64,000 nucleotides of DNA, from the NCBI GenBank assembly GCA_951406725.2, contig OX597822.1, forward strand, positions 33,666,001-33,730,000. Reading direction: 5' to 3'. A program made the translations under genes and the position numbers. Positions within the stretch are counted from its first letter, which is position 1, and each line of letters opens with the position of its first letter. Source of the DNA: Octopus vulgaris (Eukaryota). Under the pieces are notes generated by a model, which had not been told where the DNA came from, did no database searches, and worked only from the letters and a program-made list of their open reading frames with translations. This document shows, in pieces, positions 27,214 to 40,454 of this stretch.

Positions 27214-28861
27214 TAATATTGGTTTCAAATTTCATCACAAGGCCAGCAGTTTCAGGGGATGCATTAAGTCAATTATATTAACCCCAGTGCTCAACCGTTA
27301 CTTATTTTATCGACCCCATGCCCTGATGCAATACCAAGCAGAGGTGAGTCATAATTGGTAAATTGGACTTCGTATATTTGTACACCAACATCACTTTGAT
27401 GCATGCACTGCTCTCTCATTCTTCAACAGCAGCAGTGACAGCAACAGCAACAACATTTCAAAATTTGGCACAAGGTCAGTAATTTTAAGAGGATAGAAAG
27501 GTCAATTACAACAAGTTCAGTACTTGACCAGTACTTAATTCATCATCCGCAAAAGGATGAAATATGAAGCTGACCTTGATTTACTCCCATCCTCATTTCT
27601 ATAGGGAAGTAGCTTTTCTATAACAATAAGAACCCTGTTCTACTCTGGCTTCATCTCTTATACTTTGACCTCACATCTCCAAGCATAAAGCTGCCTTCCC
27701 CTCTGCTGTAGTCCCACTCGGTCAGTCAAAGGGTATCTTAATCTTGCCGGCTGCATGGTAACTGCAGTTGTGTTGTGCAGTAAGGAAAGCATCCAATGCA
27801 CTTAGTAAAGTGGTTGGCATTAGGAAAGGCATCCAGCCTTAGAAACCATGCCACATGTGACATTGGAGCCTGATGCAGTCTTTGGGCCCAACAGATCCTG
27901 TCAAACCATCCTGCACACGGAAGCATGGAACACAGATGTTAAAAGAAAATTATGATGATGATGATGATGATGATGATGACGACATGATGATGATGACAAT
28001 GATGATGGGTGTAATGATAACGTGATTATGGTCTATGATATGATGACAATGCCGACAATGATGATGATGACGACGACGATAGTGATGATGATTATGATGA
28101 TGATGACAATGACGATGACAACAACGATGGTGATGATGATTATGATAATGATGATGATGACGATGACGATGATAATGATAATGATGATCCTGACTGAACT
28201 GACTTTGATTATGAGACCTTCTTGATATCAGTGGGTGGCCTGGGATTTAACAACAACAACATCAACATTCCCCCCCCCTCATAAAAACACAAATGAAAAA
28301 TTCAAAATGTCACCAATCTTTTGATGTGTAATTATCAAAAAATTTCAATGAATTTTCCGCATGAAGGAATAATAAACTTAACAACAAGCCTACAGAACCT
28401 CAATGTGGTTATTTGCTCCATTAGAAATAGCAGCTAAATCTCTCAAATCATATCTCACCTGCTTAGAGGTAAAAATGGACATATTGGACAATGTAGTTTT
28501 AGATATACAAACCACAGCTGAGATGGTCATGGCTGGAACACTTTTGATAAATAGTCTAATTAATGAGAAATGACCTGAGGGAGAAAAGAATTACAACCAG
28601 CTAAAAATAGCATCCAAATCTACTTCAGTCATACTTGATTTGTCTTAGCAAAGGAAGGTCACATTAGATAATGTAGTAATCAGTGATGTAGAAAAAGACA
28701 AGATGGCGAAAGAAAGAGAGGAAGGAGGAACAAATTAAGGAGTTTTTGATTTTAAGGAGAACTACATTTAAAATCAAAGAGAAACCCATCAGTAAAGAAT
28801 AAACATTTTTTTTATTATAAATCGTTCTAAGGTGACAAGTTGGCAGAATTGTTACTGTGAG

Positions 28862-29163
28862 GGTAAAGATCCCCTTCGGTCATGAATGACCACGGAGTTG
28901 CACCGAGAAAGTTCCCCTCTGAGGCACAAGTCCAGGCAAGGTTGTTTATAGAAGACCAGCAGTCACCCATGCATACCAGTTTCCCCTCTCCGTGCCACTG
29001 ATGTTATCTAGAGGAAAGGCAAAGGCCAATACAGCTTGGCACAAGTGATGTTGCAACTCATTTCTACAGCTGAGTGAACTGGAGCAACACACAGCCCAGT
29101 CCGGGAATTGAACTTGCTACATCATGATTGTGAGCCTGACATTCTAACCACTGAGCCATGCAC
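28862..29163 (-). mobile_element. tRNA-derived SINE nested inside a family A-like SINE
   Basis: The - strand head is GCATGGCTCAGTGGTTAGA..GTTCAATTCCC; the flanking direct repeats are TTACTGTGAGG / TTACTATGAGG. Confidence 0.65.
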
Positions 29164-29786
29164 TTTACTATGAGGACAAAATGCTTAGAGGCATTTCTTC
29201 CCGTCTTTTCATTCTAAGTTCAAATGCTACTGAGATCAACTGCGCTTTTCATCCTTTCAGGGGTTGATAAAATAGATACTAGTTGACAGTTGGTGTTAAT
29301 TTAATCAACCAGTATCATCATCATTTAACGTCCGCTTTCCATGCTAGCATGGGTTGGACGATTTGACTGAGGTCTGGCGAATAAGGTGGCTGCACCAGGC
29401 TCCAATCTGATCTAGCAAAATTTCTACAGCTGGATGCCCTTCCTAACACCAACCACTCCAAGAGTGTAGTGGGTGCTGGCAATGGCCAAGCTGAAATGGA
29501 GCTTTTTACATGCCACCTGCACAGGAGCCAGTCCAGCGGCACTGGCAATAACCTTGCTCAAATGTTTTTTTTTTTTAAACATTTCAGGGCTTGTGTCAGT
29601 AATAGAAAGAATTACAAATCATTCTTGTTTTCCCAGTCTATTACTTATAAGACTACCATGTATACAACATGTGTATATGCATGTCTGTGACCCCTACGTA
29701 AATCACATGTATTTAGCAAAGATTACTAAAGTGCTCAAAAAGCAGTTTGAAATAATACCTACATTTCATATCTGCACTAGACCTTC

Positions 29787-30019
29787 TTATTTCTTTATTG
29801 CCCACAAGGGGCTAAACATAGAGGGGATAAACATGGTCAGAAAAAGGGAATAAGTCGATTACATCGACCCCAGTGCGTAACTGGTACTTAATTTATCGAC
29901 CCCGAAAGGATGAAAGGCAAAGTCGACCTCGGCGGAATTTGAACTCAGAACGTAAAGACAGATGACATACTGCTAAACATTTCGCCTGGGGTGCTAACAT
30001 TTCTGCTAACTCGCCGCCT
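29787..30019 (-). mobile_element. SINE family A with 15-bp TSD
   Basis: Direct repeat TGCACTAGACCTTCT on both sides. Confidence 0.85.
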
Positions 30020-30219
30020 GCACTAGACCTTCTACCAGTTGAAATGAACCCTGCAGTTTTACACCTGGACTAGCTTTATTACCAATTGAAACAGGGGCCT
30101 GCATTTCACATTTATCCTGGACCTATTACTAACACATGAGGGTGTGTGTAATTTGTTGGAATGTGGTAATTATTTTTAGCAGAAAAAGTGACCACATAAC
30201 AGCTTCTTAATTGGGTAAG

Positions 30220-30278
<59 letters not shown>

Positions 30279-30546
30279 CATGTGTGTGTGTGTGTGCATG
30301 CATGTGTGTGTATGTATGTATATTTTGATTCTTTTAACTCTTTTACTTGCTTCAGTCATTTGACAGCAGCCATGCTGGAGCACTATCTTAAAGGGTTTTA
30401 GTCAAGGAAATCAACCTTAGGATTTATTCTTTGTAAGCCTTGTACTTATTCTATCAGTCTCTTTTGCCGAACTGCTACGTTACAGGGGCATAAACACACC
30501 AACATCGATTGTCAAGCGATGGTGAAGGGACAAACACAAACGCAAA

Positions 30547-30587
<41 letters not shown>

Positions 30588-33179
30588 GACGGCTTCTTCC
30601 CGTTTCTACCTATCAAGTTCACTCACAAGGCTTTGGTTGGTCCAAGGCTATAGTAGATGACACTTGTTTAAGGCGCCACACAGTGAAACTGAACCTGGAA
30701 CCATGTGGTTGGGAAGCAAGCTTCTTGCCATACAGCCATGCCTGTATGTATATTCCAGATAAAATATTATTCTGATTGTATGTTTCTCCTCTTTCAAAAG
30801 AAAATGTACACTACAAAACTCCAGCAGATAAAAAAAAACTGAGGTAAGAGACATCTGGTGAGTTTTTAAAACCAACCAATCAATTCTCACTTTTAAGTAC
30901 CAAAGATCCTGTGGTCTATCCACATGTTCAGCTTAACATTCAGATGAAGATTTATGTTAATTAAATAGTTAATTATGTACATTATCAACCATCAACCGTA
31001 ATAAATTTCCTGCTAGTAATTTTTTGTTTACACAATTCATAAAAATATACATTCTTCTTAACTCTAGCAATCAAAAGGTAGGGTGAATGTAAACCTGACT
31101 GAGCTTTTATAAAAAACATAAACTAGTTGGCCAATTTTCACTTTTCAATGCTACATAACATTGTGGTTCATCTCCAGACACCCCTGCCACTAAAACCAAA
31201 CCTTCCACATTCCATTAATACACCACCATCACCTGTACCCCCATCTATCACTACCACCACTATTTTTTTTTTTTTTATGATCTACATTACTATAAACAGG
31301 CTGTCAAGATTTAAATGGCATTCATTCAGTCAACTAATGATTTAATTTGTCACTCAATGTTTGTTTAACCACCTCCCTTCTCCTCACCATGCCAACCTAC
31401 TTACCACATCCTAGACTTCAGGCTTTCAGGTAGACCTACCAATTGTATTTTGCAATCTCCTCTCATCTTGTTCCAGCCCTACTGTGTCACCCCCAACCCG
31501 ATCCATCATGTTGGGTGGGAAGCATGGTCTAGTTGTTAGGGGGTTGCACTCATAACCACAAGATCATGGTTTCAGTTCCTGTACTAGGTGGAAAGTGTTG
31601 TGCTCTTGAGCAAAACCCTTCATTTCATGTTGCTCCAGTTCACTCAGATGTAAGTGAGAAACCCCATAACAAACTGGTATCCCATTCAGAGGAAAATGTT
31701 GTGATCATATACACACTGTTCCTCTTATCATATGAGTCAGCAAATCAATGTGTGCATCTTGGAGTGCAAAACAGTCACAGCAGACAACATCTAATTTAAA
31801 AGAAGTAAATGAAGGAAGCATCATGGCAAATCAGTTTCTGTGGTCTAAAGCAGTGGTCCTCAAACTAAGAAATAACACCAAGCTTCCAACTCCAAGCCCA
31901 TCCATACACCCCAAATACTAGAGAAATATTTAGCCACCCAAAATCCTTCACAGCCCTATGGTCCAAGCTTCAATCTCACTGCATGGCATTTAAGTCATTT
32001 GTCACAGTGTCAAGTTGACTAATGACTTGTGGAAGAAATTAGGTACATGGAAAAATGGAAACTGTGTATGAACCCATCATGTTTGTGTGTGGATGTATGT
32101 GTGTATATGTGCGCGAGTGTATTTTTATGTCAGTGTAGGGTGGAAAATGTGAGATTCAAGCATGAACACCTTATAGTACTCGTGCCTGAATCTAAGTTAT
32201 CTCCCCTCACAAAATGCCCAATTTACATTTTCTTTGGCAGAATTTGAACTCAGAATGTAAAGATGGATCAAATACTGCTAATCATTTCACCCAGTAAGCT
32301 AACAATTGTGCCGGCATGCTGCCTGAAAAAAATAGTTTAAATATCAACTTGCAATTCTAACCCAAGGCCAGCAATTGCGGGGCAGGAAGTAAGTCAGTCA
32401 TATGAACCCCTGTATCCAACTGGTACTTGTTTTACTGACCCCAAAAGGTTGAAAGGCAAAGTCATACCTTGGTGGAATTTGACCTCAAAATGTAAAGACG
32501 GACAAAATGCAGCTAAGTGTTTTGCCTGGTGTGCCACCTTAAATAGTTCAATAGTGCTGGAAGACCCTATATCTGGCAACTGGACTCAGCACCGTGCCAC
32601 ACAAGCAGGAGAACCCAGTCGTGGCTGTCAGACACCTGCAAAGTCCATCTCCAAATCACAGGCCTCAACAACACTTTTTAGGTTGAGACCATCTAGCTGA
32701 CCATGCAAGGTAGCCATATACTTCTAAACCACCAAAACTACCAAACGAAAAGGCAAGGTTCAATATATGCTGGTCCCTGTTTCTCACCTGGCGTTGACAT
32801 CAGAAATCAAAACCCTAGAATAGATACTACTAAGCATCATATCAGGTGCACTAGCACTTCTGTCAATCCACTCCTATAAACTAGTGTTTCAGTTGTCGAC
32901 ACCAAAATGAGTGAGAGGATAAGTTGACCTGGGTGGGATTTTGAGTCAAAGCATGATTTGAACTCAGAAGGGAGAAAGGAGCAGCAGCAAATACCACGAG
33001 GAATTCTGTCCAACATTGCAATGTTCTTAGAAGGATTCTGTAATTTCATTATACACAAACACGTAAATAATATTTTATATATATATATCTATATATGTGT
33101 ATGTGTGTGTGTACATATACATACAAATACAAGCCCATATGTTCCTGCGCACATTTGTGTGTATGTGTGTGTGTGTGTG

Positions 33180-33239
<60 letters not shown>

Positions 33240-33573
33240 TGTATGTGTGTGGCTTACTCCAGTTAATTCTTGCACTTAATGGACTTCCTGACTAGAATGC
33301 CATTACATTCTTTCGACACCTACTAATTACATTGATTACACAGTACTGAATTCTTACACACACACAGATTTATTTCTTATATTCTGATCAGTCAACTGAC
33401 TTCAAGAAAATCATGACCATCAATTAACACTTTGTGTGTGTGTGTCTGTATGTGCGTGTGTGTGTTTATTTATAAAATGATATATATGTATATATATATA
33501 TACATATGTATATATATATATATATATATATAGATGATATACATATAGAGAGACATAAAATGATTATATATAC

Positions 33574-33623
<50 letters not shown>

Positions 33624-34163
33624 GTATCTGCAATGAGGGATCAGTTTCTGACTGAAGAATGAAGGCTTTGAATGACCCGTTTGTCTTTTTGTTCGTCCCT
33701 TCGTGTATTTCACGTTATTTATTTTTTGTAAAGGTTCATTATATATATATATGTACATATATATTTATGTGTGTGTCTTTGTGTCTGTGTTTGTCACCCC
33801 CCACCCAGACCATTACTTGACAACCAATATTGGTGTGTTTATATCCCCATAACTTAGCGGTTCAGCAAAAGAGACCACTAGAATAAGAACTATGCTTACA
33901 AAGAATAAGTACTGGGGGGGGGGGCAATTTCTTTGACTAAAAACCCCTTTAGAGCAGAGCTCCAGCATGGCTGCAATCAAGTGACTGAAACAATTAAAAG
34001 AATAAAAGAATAACAGAATATACTTGAGTAAAGACTCAAGCTTTTCAGACCATTTTCTAAGGCTGAATTTAATAGGGTCAACTTTTATGTGGACACTACT
34101 TAATCAGGAACTGAAATTCATGTTTAGTCTTTTAAAATTCAGATTACTCAATCAAGTGTAATA

Positions 34164-34383
34164 CTCTTTTACTCTTTTACTTGCTTCAGTAATTTGACTG
34201 CGGCCATGCTGGAGCACCGCCTTTTGTCGAGCAAATCGACCCCAGGACTTATTCTTTGTAAACCTAGTACTTATTCTATCTGTCTCTTTTGCCAAACCGC
34301 TAAGCTACGGGGACGTAAACACACAAGCATCGATTGTCAAGCGATGTTGGGGGGACAAACACACAAACATATATACACACATA

Positions 34384-34422
<39 letters not shown>

Positions 34423-34578
34423 GACAGGCTTCTTTCAGTTTCCGTCTACCAAATCCACTCACAAGGCTTTGGTTGGCCCGAGGCTATAGTAGAAGACACT
34501 TGCCCAAGGTGCCACGCAACGGGACTGAACCCAGAACCATGTGGTTGGTATGCAAGCTACTTACCACACAGCCACTCA
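34164..34578 (-). mobile_element. SINE family B
   Basis: Full-length reverse-complement copy. Confidence 0.85.
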
Positions 34579-34786
34579 TTTAATTATTTTGAATCAATCA
34601 TGCATTATCTCATATCTTTGAGATTTCAATGATGTGATTGTTTATTTTTAGAATGATATTGTAGGGTGGGTGTCAGAGGCTGGATTTGGCCTTGTTTCAA
34701 ATTAATCATGTGTTATCTCATGGGGTTGAGTTTTCAATGATGTGATTGTTTATTTATAGAATGACATTGTGGGGCAGTTGTGAGAG

Positions 34787-35340
34787 GCCATGCTGGAGCA
34801 CCACCTTTACTCAAACAAATCAACCCCAGGACTTATTCTTTGTAAGCCTAGTACTTATTCTATCGGCTCTTTCACTGAATCGCTAAGTAAACACACCAAC
34901 ATAGGTTGTCAAGCGACTGTGGGGAGACAAACACAGACACACAAATATATACATATACATACATATATATATATTACGCTACCTTATATATGCTACATAT
35001 ATATTTTATACTACCTTAGTACAATTATAATACCGCAACTGTTAAATATTAATCACCAAGCAGGCCCAACTCCTCATTAAAAAAACTCAAAGAAACATGT
35101 TTTTGATAAACAAGCGAAATTTACTCTTGCCAAATTCCTTTACTTTATATATATATTTTTTTTATATATACATACATATATACGATAGGCTTATTTCAGT
35201 TTCCATCTACCAAATCCACTCACAAGGCTCTGGTCGGCCCAAGGCTATAGTAAAAGACACTTGCCCCAGGTGCCATGCAGTGGGACTCAACCTAGGACCA
35301 TGTGGCTGGTAAGCAAGCTACTTACCACACTCTTGCACCT
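34787..35340 (-). mobile_element. SINE family B with an insertion in its microsatellite; its 5' end abuts the U6 pseudogene
   Basis: Consensus halves at 34787-34975 and 35165-35340. Confidence 0.8.
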
Positions 35341-35343
35341 AAC

Positions 35344-35438
35344 AAAATATGGAATGCTCCACAAATTTGTGTGTCATCCTTGCGCAGGGGCCATGCTAAT
35401 CTTTTCTGTATCGCTCCAATTTTAGTATATGTATTGCC
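35344..35438 (-). pseudogene. U6: U6 snRNA pseudogene, lacking about 11 nt at the 5' end
   Basis: The reverse complement reads GGCAATACATATACTAAAATTGGAGCGATACAGAAAAGATTAGCATGGCCCCTGCGCAAGGATGACACACAAATTTGTGGAGCATTCCATATTTT. It is collinear with metazoan U6 with about 7-8 substitutions. The ACAGAGA box is mutated to ACAGAAA, and upstream lies microsatellite rather than a PSE/TATA promoter. Confidence 0.93.
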
Positions 35439-35474
35439 ATTCACACACACATACATATGCATATACATACACAT

Positions 35475-35518
<44 letters not shown>

Positions 35519-36417
35519 CAAGTTTCTTTCAGTTTCTGTCTACCAAATCCATTCATCTACTCACAAGGCTTTGGTTGGTTCGAGGCTATAGTATAAGCCA
35601 CCTGACCAAGGTACCACACAGTGGGACTGAACTCTGAACCATGAAGTTGAGAAGCAAGCTTCTTACCACTCAGCCACATCAGAAAAACTTTACTGAAATA
35701 ACTTAGTTGTTTGTTATTAAATTAGAGTTTGAAACATAAATTACCATGAAGTTCTGATGGAAGACTTTGATTTAACTCACTTTAAAATATGGAATTTATA
35801 TCATAGAACAAGGGTGAGTTGATTAAGTCTATCAGTCTATGAAGTCACAAAAATAAAACTGAGAAACTCGGCAACAGTGGGTCACACGTGTAATATAAAA
35901 ATGGAAAAAAATTTGACATTACTCATGCTAACAGTAGATAACAAAAAAAAAAGACAACTCCCTTTTAAGCCATTCAAGGTCTCAAACAAAAAGAAAAATA
36001 AACAAGGGAGATAACTTGAATAAAATCAATGAACTGAAAGATTTATAATATAAGAATAATGCAGATGGGTGTGGATACCTAGCATTTAAAATCAAATGGT
36101 GAAAAGACAAGTATTAAGTCAATGTACGCAGAGTTAGAGTGACTTAAATATATTTGTGTCATGTCAAAAGGTGAATAACAATGCCATGAAATCATGAATT
36201 CAGATTTCATTCATAAAGCCACTATATATATATTCATATACCATATATGCCACTCTTGTGCACCTTGGACAAGTATTTTCACGTTTGTGTGTGTGTGAGC
36301 GTGTATACCCTTGTCTTGGCAGTACATAGTGGTTATAAACAGACATCACTGTCATATAAGTGATGATGTTCATTTCCAGTATTCTGTGCCTGGCCATCGA
36401 GGGGATAAGTTGATTAG

Positions 36418-36801
36418 TATTTCTTTATTGCCCACAAGGGGCTAAACATGGAGGGGACAAACAAGGACAGACAAACGGATTAAGTCGATTATATCGACCC
36501 CAGTGCGTAACTGGTACTTATTTAATCGACCCCGAAAGGATGAAAGGCAAAGTCGACCTCGGTGGAATTTGACCTCAGAACGTAACAGCAGACAAAACAC
36601 GGCTACGCATTTCGCCCGGCGTGCTAACGATTCTGCCAGCTCGCCGCCTTAGGGTTCAACTGGTACTTATTTTATCAATGCCCGAAAGGATGTAAGGCAA
36701 AATCAGCCACAGTGGAATTTGAATTCAGAACATAAAACATGGATGAAGCGTCACCAAGCATTTTGCCTGGCATGTTAATGATTCTGCCAGCTCATTGCCT
36801 T
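36418..36801 (-). mobile_element. SINE family A (young copy nested in an older related copy)
   Basis: Full consensus at 36418-36650, followed by a degenerate related copy. Confidence 0.8.
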
Positions 36802-37919
36802 GTTAATAATAATAATAACAACAATTTCATTTACTTGCTAGCAGGGTGACGGATGAGGGGGACAATACAAAGACAGACATAAAGTGTGGAGGAGGTTATA
36901 TATAATGAAATGATAAAATAAAATGATTAAATAAATAAATATTTACTCTTTTTTTACTCCTTTTACTTGTTTCAGTCATCTGACTGTGGCCATGCTGGAG
37001 CACTGCCTTTAGTCAAGCAAATCAATCCCAAGACTTATTCTTTGTAAGCCTATTACTTATTCTATTGGGCTCTTTTGCCAAACTGCTAAGTTACGGGGTT
37101 CGTAACCACACCACACCAGCATCAGTTGTCAAGTGATGGTGGGGGTACAAACACAGATACACAAACATACATACATATATATACATATATACGATGGGCT
37201 TCTTCCAGTTTCTGTCTACCAAATCCATTCAAGGCTTTGGTCAGCCTGAGGCTATAGTTGAAGGTACCACGCAGTGGGACTGAACCCGGGACTATGTGGT
37301 TCGTAAGCAAGCTACTTACCACACAGCCACTCCTACTAATTTAATAATAATAATAATCCTTTCTACTACAGGCACAAGGCCTGAAATTTGGGGGAGGGGA
37401 GAGCTGATTACATGGACCCCAGTACTCAACTGATACTTATTTTATCGACCCCAGGAATGAAATATGAAATCATATACTCAAGGTGTGCTGTATATTTATA
37501 TTATTATAACTCTGTTTTTAACAATGTATATTGTTATATGTTCTGCTGGGTGGTTGGTGTTAGGAAGGGGCACCCAGCCACAAAAACCCGACATAGAAGT
37601 CTGGTGCAGACTCCTGCCTGGCCGGCTCCTGTCAAACTGTGAACGCATGCCAGCATGGAAGGTGGACATTAAACAATGATGATGATGATGATGATGATGA
37701 TAATCAACTGTTGGCTTTCAGATAGGAATAACAACACAGAAAGTAGCAGTGATTTTTGGCAAATATTGTTTGCAAATTTTAATAAACTTTTTATGGTTTA
37801 GTTTGGTTCCAGGCGAGTGAATCCTTGATCAAAGGCATTCCAACTGGTTCTCTCAGGTCTATCTTGACTATTTGACTTTATGTGCACTTCTCATACATAC
37901 ATGTATATATATATATATA

Positions 37920-38312
37920 CTAGCAGTATCGCCCGGCGTTGCTCGGGTTTGTAAGGGAAATAATTATATAAGCATTTTTAGAGATGTAAAGTATAATAGC
38001 CATCTCAATATGGCTAACCACAAAGGGGGAGGGTGTTACTGTAGCTTTTTACGTTCTGAGATTTAATAATAAATTTTAGAGAGTTACTTCCCTTATATAT
38101 GTCAAAAATGGATTAAAAATGGGAAAAATTGATGGTAAATTTTTTTAAAATCGTATACTCATCGTAGACGCGCGCTAATACCCAGACGGTCTCGATATGA
38201 ATCACGACTATAAGATACCCGGTTTTGGTTAAACTGCACCGCAAAATGTGGGAGTAGTTAGGAATCTAAATCGTAGGAGACAGACACACAACCTCACTTT
38301 TATATATAAAGA
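37920..38312 (-). mobile_element. Non-autonomous Helitron
   Basis: The - strand starts A|TCTTTATATATAAAAG and ends with hairpin CCCGAGCAACGCCGGG then CTAG|T. It is inserted at AT with no TSD. Confidence 0.85.
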
Positions 38313-38410
38313 TTTCCTCTATTTACATAATATTGAGGTCTCTTTCTTTCTTTTGTTATCTTACTGTTTTTACCAATATACATATATATATATATATAAA
38401 TATATATATA

Positions 38411-38730
38411 GTTACAGAGATGTACTTGCATAGCAAGTGACTTGATCTGAGATCGTGTGCTGGAACGAAAACAGTTGCAGCGTTGAAGGTGTTTATAAGC
38501 CATTTAAGAAACACAAAAACCGTTAGATTCACTTCAACATTTAAATTTAATTTGTCAAAATATTTTCGTCGCTTTGAGACCGCGACCTGTTAGCACGATA
38601 TTTTTGTCAGTGAACAGGTCGCGGTCTCAAAGCGACGAAAATATTTTGGCAAATTAAATTTAAATGTTGAAGTGAATGTAACGGTTTTTGTGTGTTTCTT
38701 AAATGGCTTAGAAACACCTTCCAGGCTGCA
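38411..38730. mobile_element. (TA)n-flanked fold-back element (same family as 4930-5203)
   Basis: About 38474-38591 is the reverse complement of about 38614-38731 (GGTGTTTATAAGCCATTT..GTTAGATTCACTTCAACATTTAAATTTAA..TTTCGTCGCTTTGAGACCGCGACCTGT). It is bounded by TA repeats. Confidence 0.7.
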
Positions 38731-39095
38731 ATATATATATACACACATATATATATATGTATGTATGTATGTATGTGTGTATATGTGTATGCATGTATGT
38801 GTGTGTGTGTGTGCGTGTCTGTGCTTGTGATTGTCCTCCACCACTGCTTGACAACGAATGTTGGTTTGTTTACATCCCTGTCACCTAGTGGTTTGACAAA
38901 GGAAACAGATAGAATAAGTACAATGCTTACAAAAATAAAACTGGAGTTGATTCATTAAACTACAATTCTTCAAGGCATTGCCCCAGCATGGCCACAGACC
39001 AATGGCTGGAAAAAGCAGAAGAATAAAATACATTCTCTGCTTTGGTCTTATGTTCAAGGCATGAGAAAGCTTGAGTTTACATGAGAAGGCCTAAC

Positions 39096-39576
39096 AGACC
39101 TGGTAGAAACAGCAGCCAAATCTCCCTCAAATCACACCTTACTGTCTTATGTATGTATATATATATGAGCCAATGAGGGGGACCTCTACATGGTAGCTAG
39201 ACCTGGTAGAAACAGCAGCGAAATTTCCCCCAAATCACACCTTACTGTCTTATCTATGTATATATGTATGTATGAGCCTATGAGGGAGACCCCTACATGG
39301 CAGCTAGACCTGGTAGAAATAGCAGCCAAATTTCCCCCAAATCACACCTTACTGTCTTATCTATGTATATATGTATGTATGAGCCTATGAGGGAGACCCC
39401 TACATGGCAGCTAGACCTGGTAGAAATAGCAGCCAAATTTCCCCCAAATCACACCTTACTGTCTTATCTATGTATATATGTATGTATGAGCCTATGAGGG
39501 AGACCCCTACATGGCAGCTAGACATGGTAGAAATAGCAGCCAAATCTCCCTCAAATCACACCTTACTGTCTTATCT
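39096..39576 (+). repeat. 107-bp tandem repeat, about 4.5 units
   Basis: AGACCTGGTAGAAATAGCAGCCAAATTTCCCCCAAATCACACCTTACTGTCTTATCTATG...; ORF-track starts at 39190/39297/39404/39511 confirm the 107-bp period. Confidence 0.92.
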
Positions 39577-40084
39577 TTCTGCTACTTGGATATAGGTGTT
39601 ATATTCGTCGTAAAAAACTTTGCTGTCACACACTCACGCACACGCACACACACACACACACACACACACGCACCCTCACACACACACGCGCACACCCACA
39701 CACACACACGCACGTTAGCTTACAATTTTATTTATATATTTGCGTGTCTATGTGTTGAAAGAGGAAGTGGGAGGCAGAGTGAAAGAATCACTCACTACAG
39801 TAAGTCAATTACTTTCATTTTATTCGTTGCCCACTGTGTGTGTGCGTTTGCGTGTGCTGTAAACCAGACTAAGAAAAGCATTTGACACACACACCAGAAT
39901 GTGAGTTTTCTGTAAATTTTGCTTAATTGGAGTTTAAATTTTAAAAACTGGACCTGGCATGACGCGATGCATTGTACTCTTAAAAATGCAAGGTAAATTG
40001 TAATTGAAGAAATCCTATATTGTAGATTTGTATAACTCCCAAAGGGAGGCAGATAAAATCTGCCTTTTATAATAAGAGATATAT

Positions 40085-40119
<35 letters not shown>

Positions 40120-40121
40120 CT

Positions 40122-40362
40122 TTTCTCTTTTATTTCTTTTACTTGTTTCAGTCATTTGACTGCGGCCATGCTGGAGCACCACATTTAGTAGAGCAAATCA
40201 ACCCTAGGACTTATTCTTTGTAAGCCTAGTACTTATTCTATTGGCCTCTTTTGCTGAACTGCTAAGTTATGGGGACGCAAACACACCAGCATCAGTTGTC
40301 AAGCGATGTTGGGAGGACAAACACAGACACGCAAACATATACACACATACATATATACATGC

Positions 40363-40454
<92 letters not shown>

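Noticed and set aside
35344-35438. Functional U6 gene
   Set aside because: The 5' stem is truncated, the ACAGAGA box is mutated, and no upstream promoter elements are visible.
39096-39576. CRISPR-like array
   Set aside because: The units repeat in full with no unique spacers, the context is eukaryotic and no cas genes are present.
39850-40080. Second Helitron
   Set aside because: Only a 5'-end-like ATCTCTTATTATAAAAG (- strand) is visible; no 3' hairpin or CTAG was found, so it was not called.
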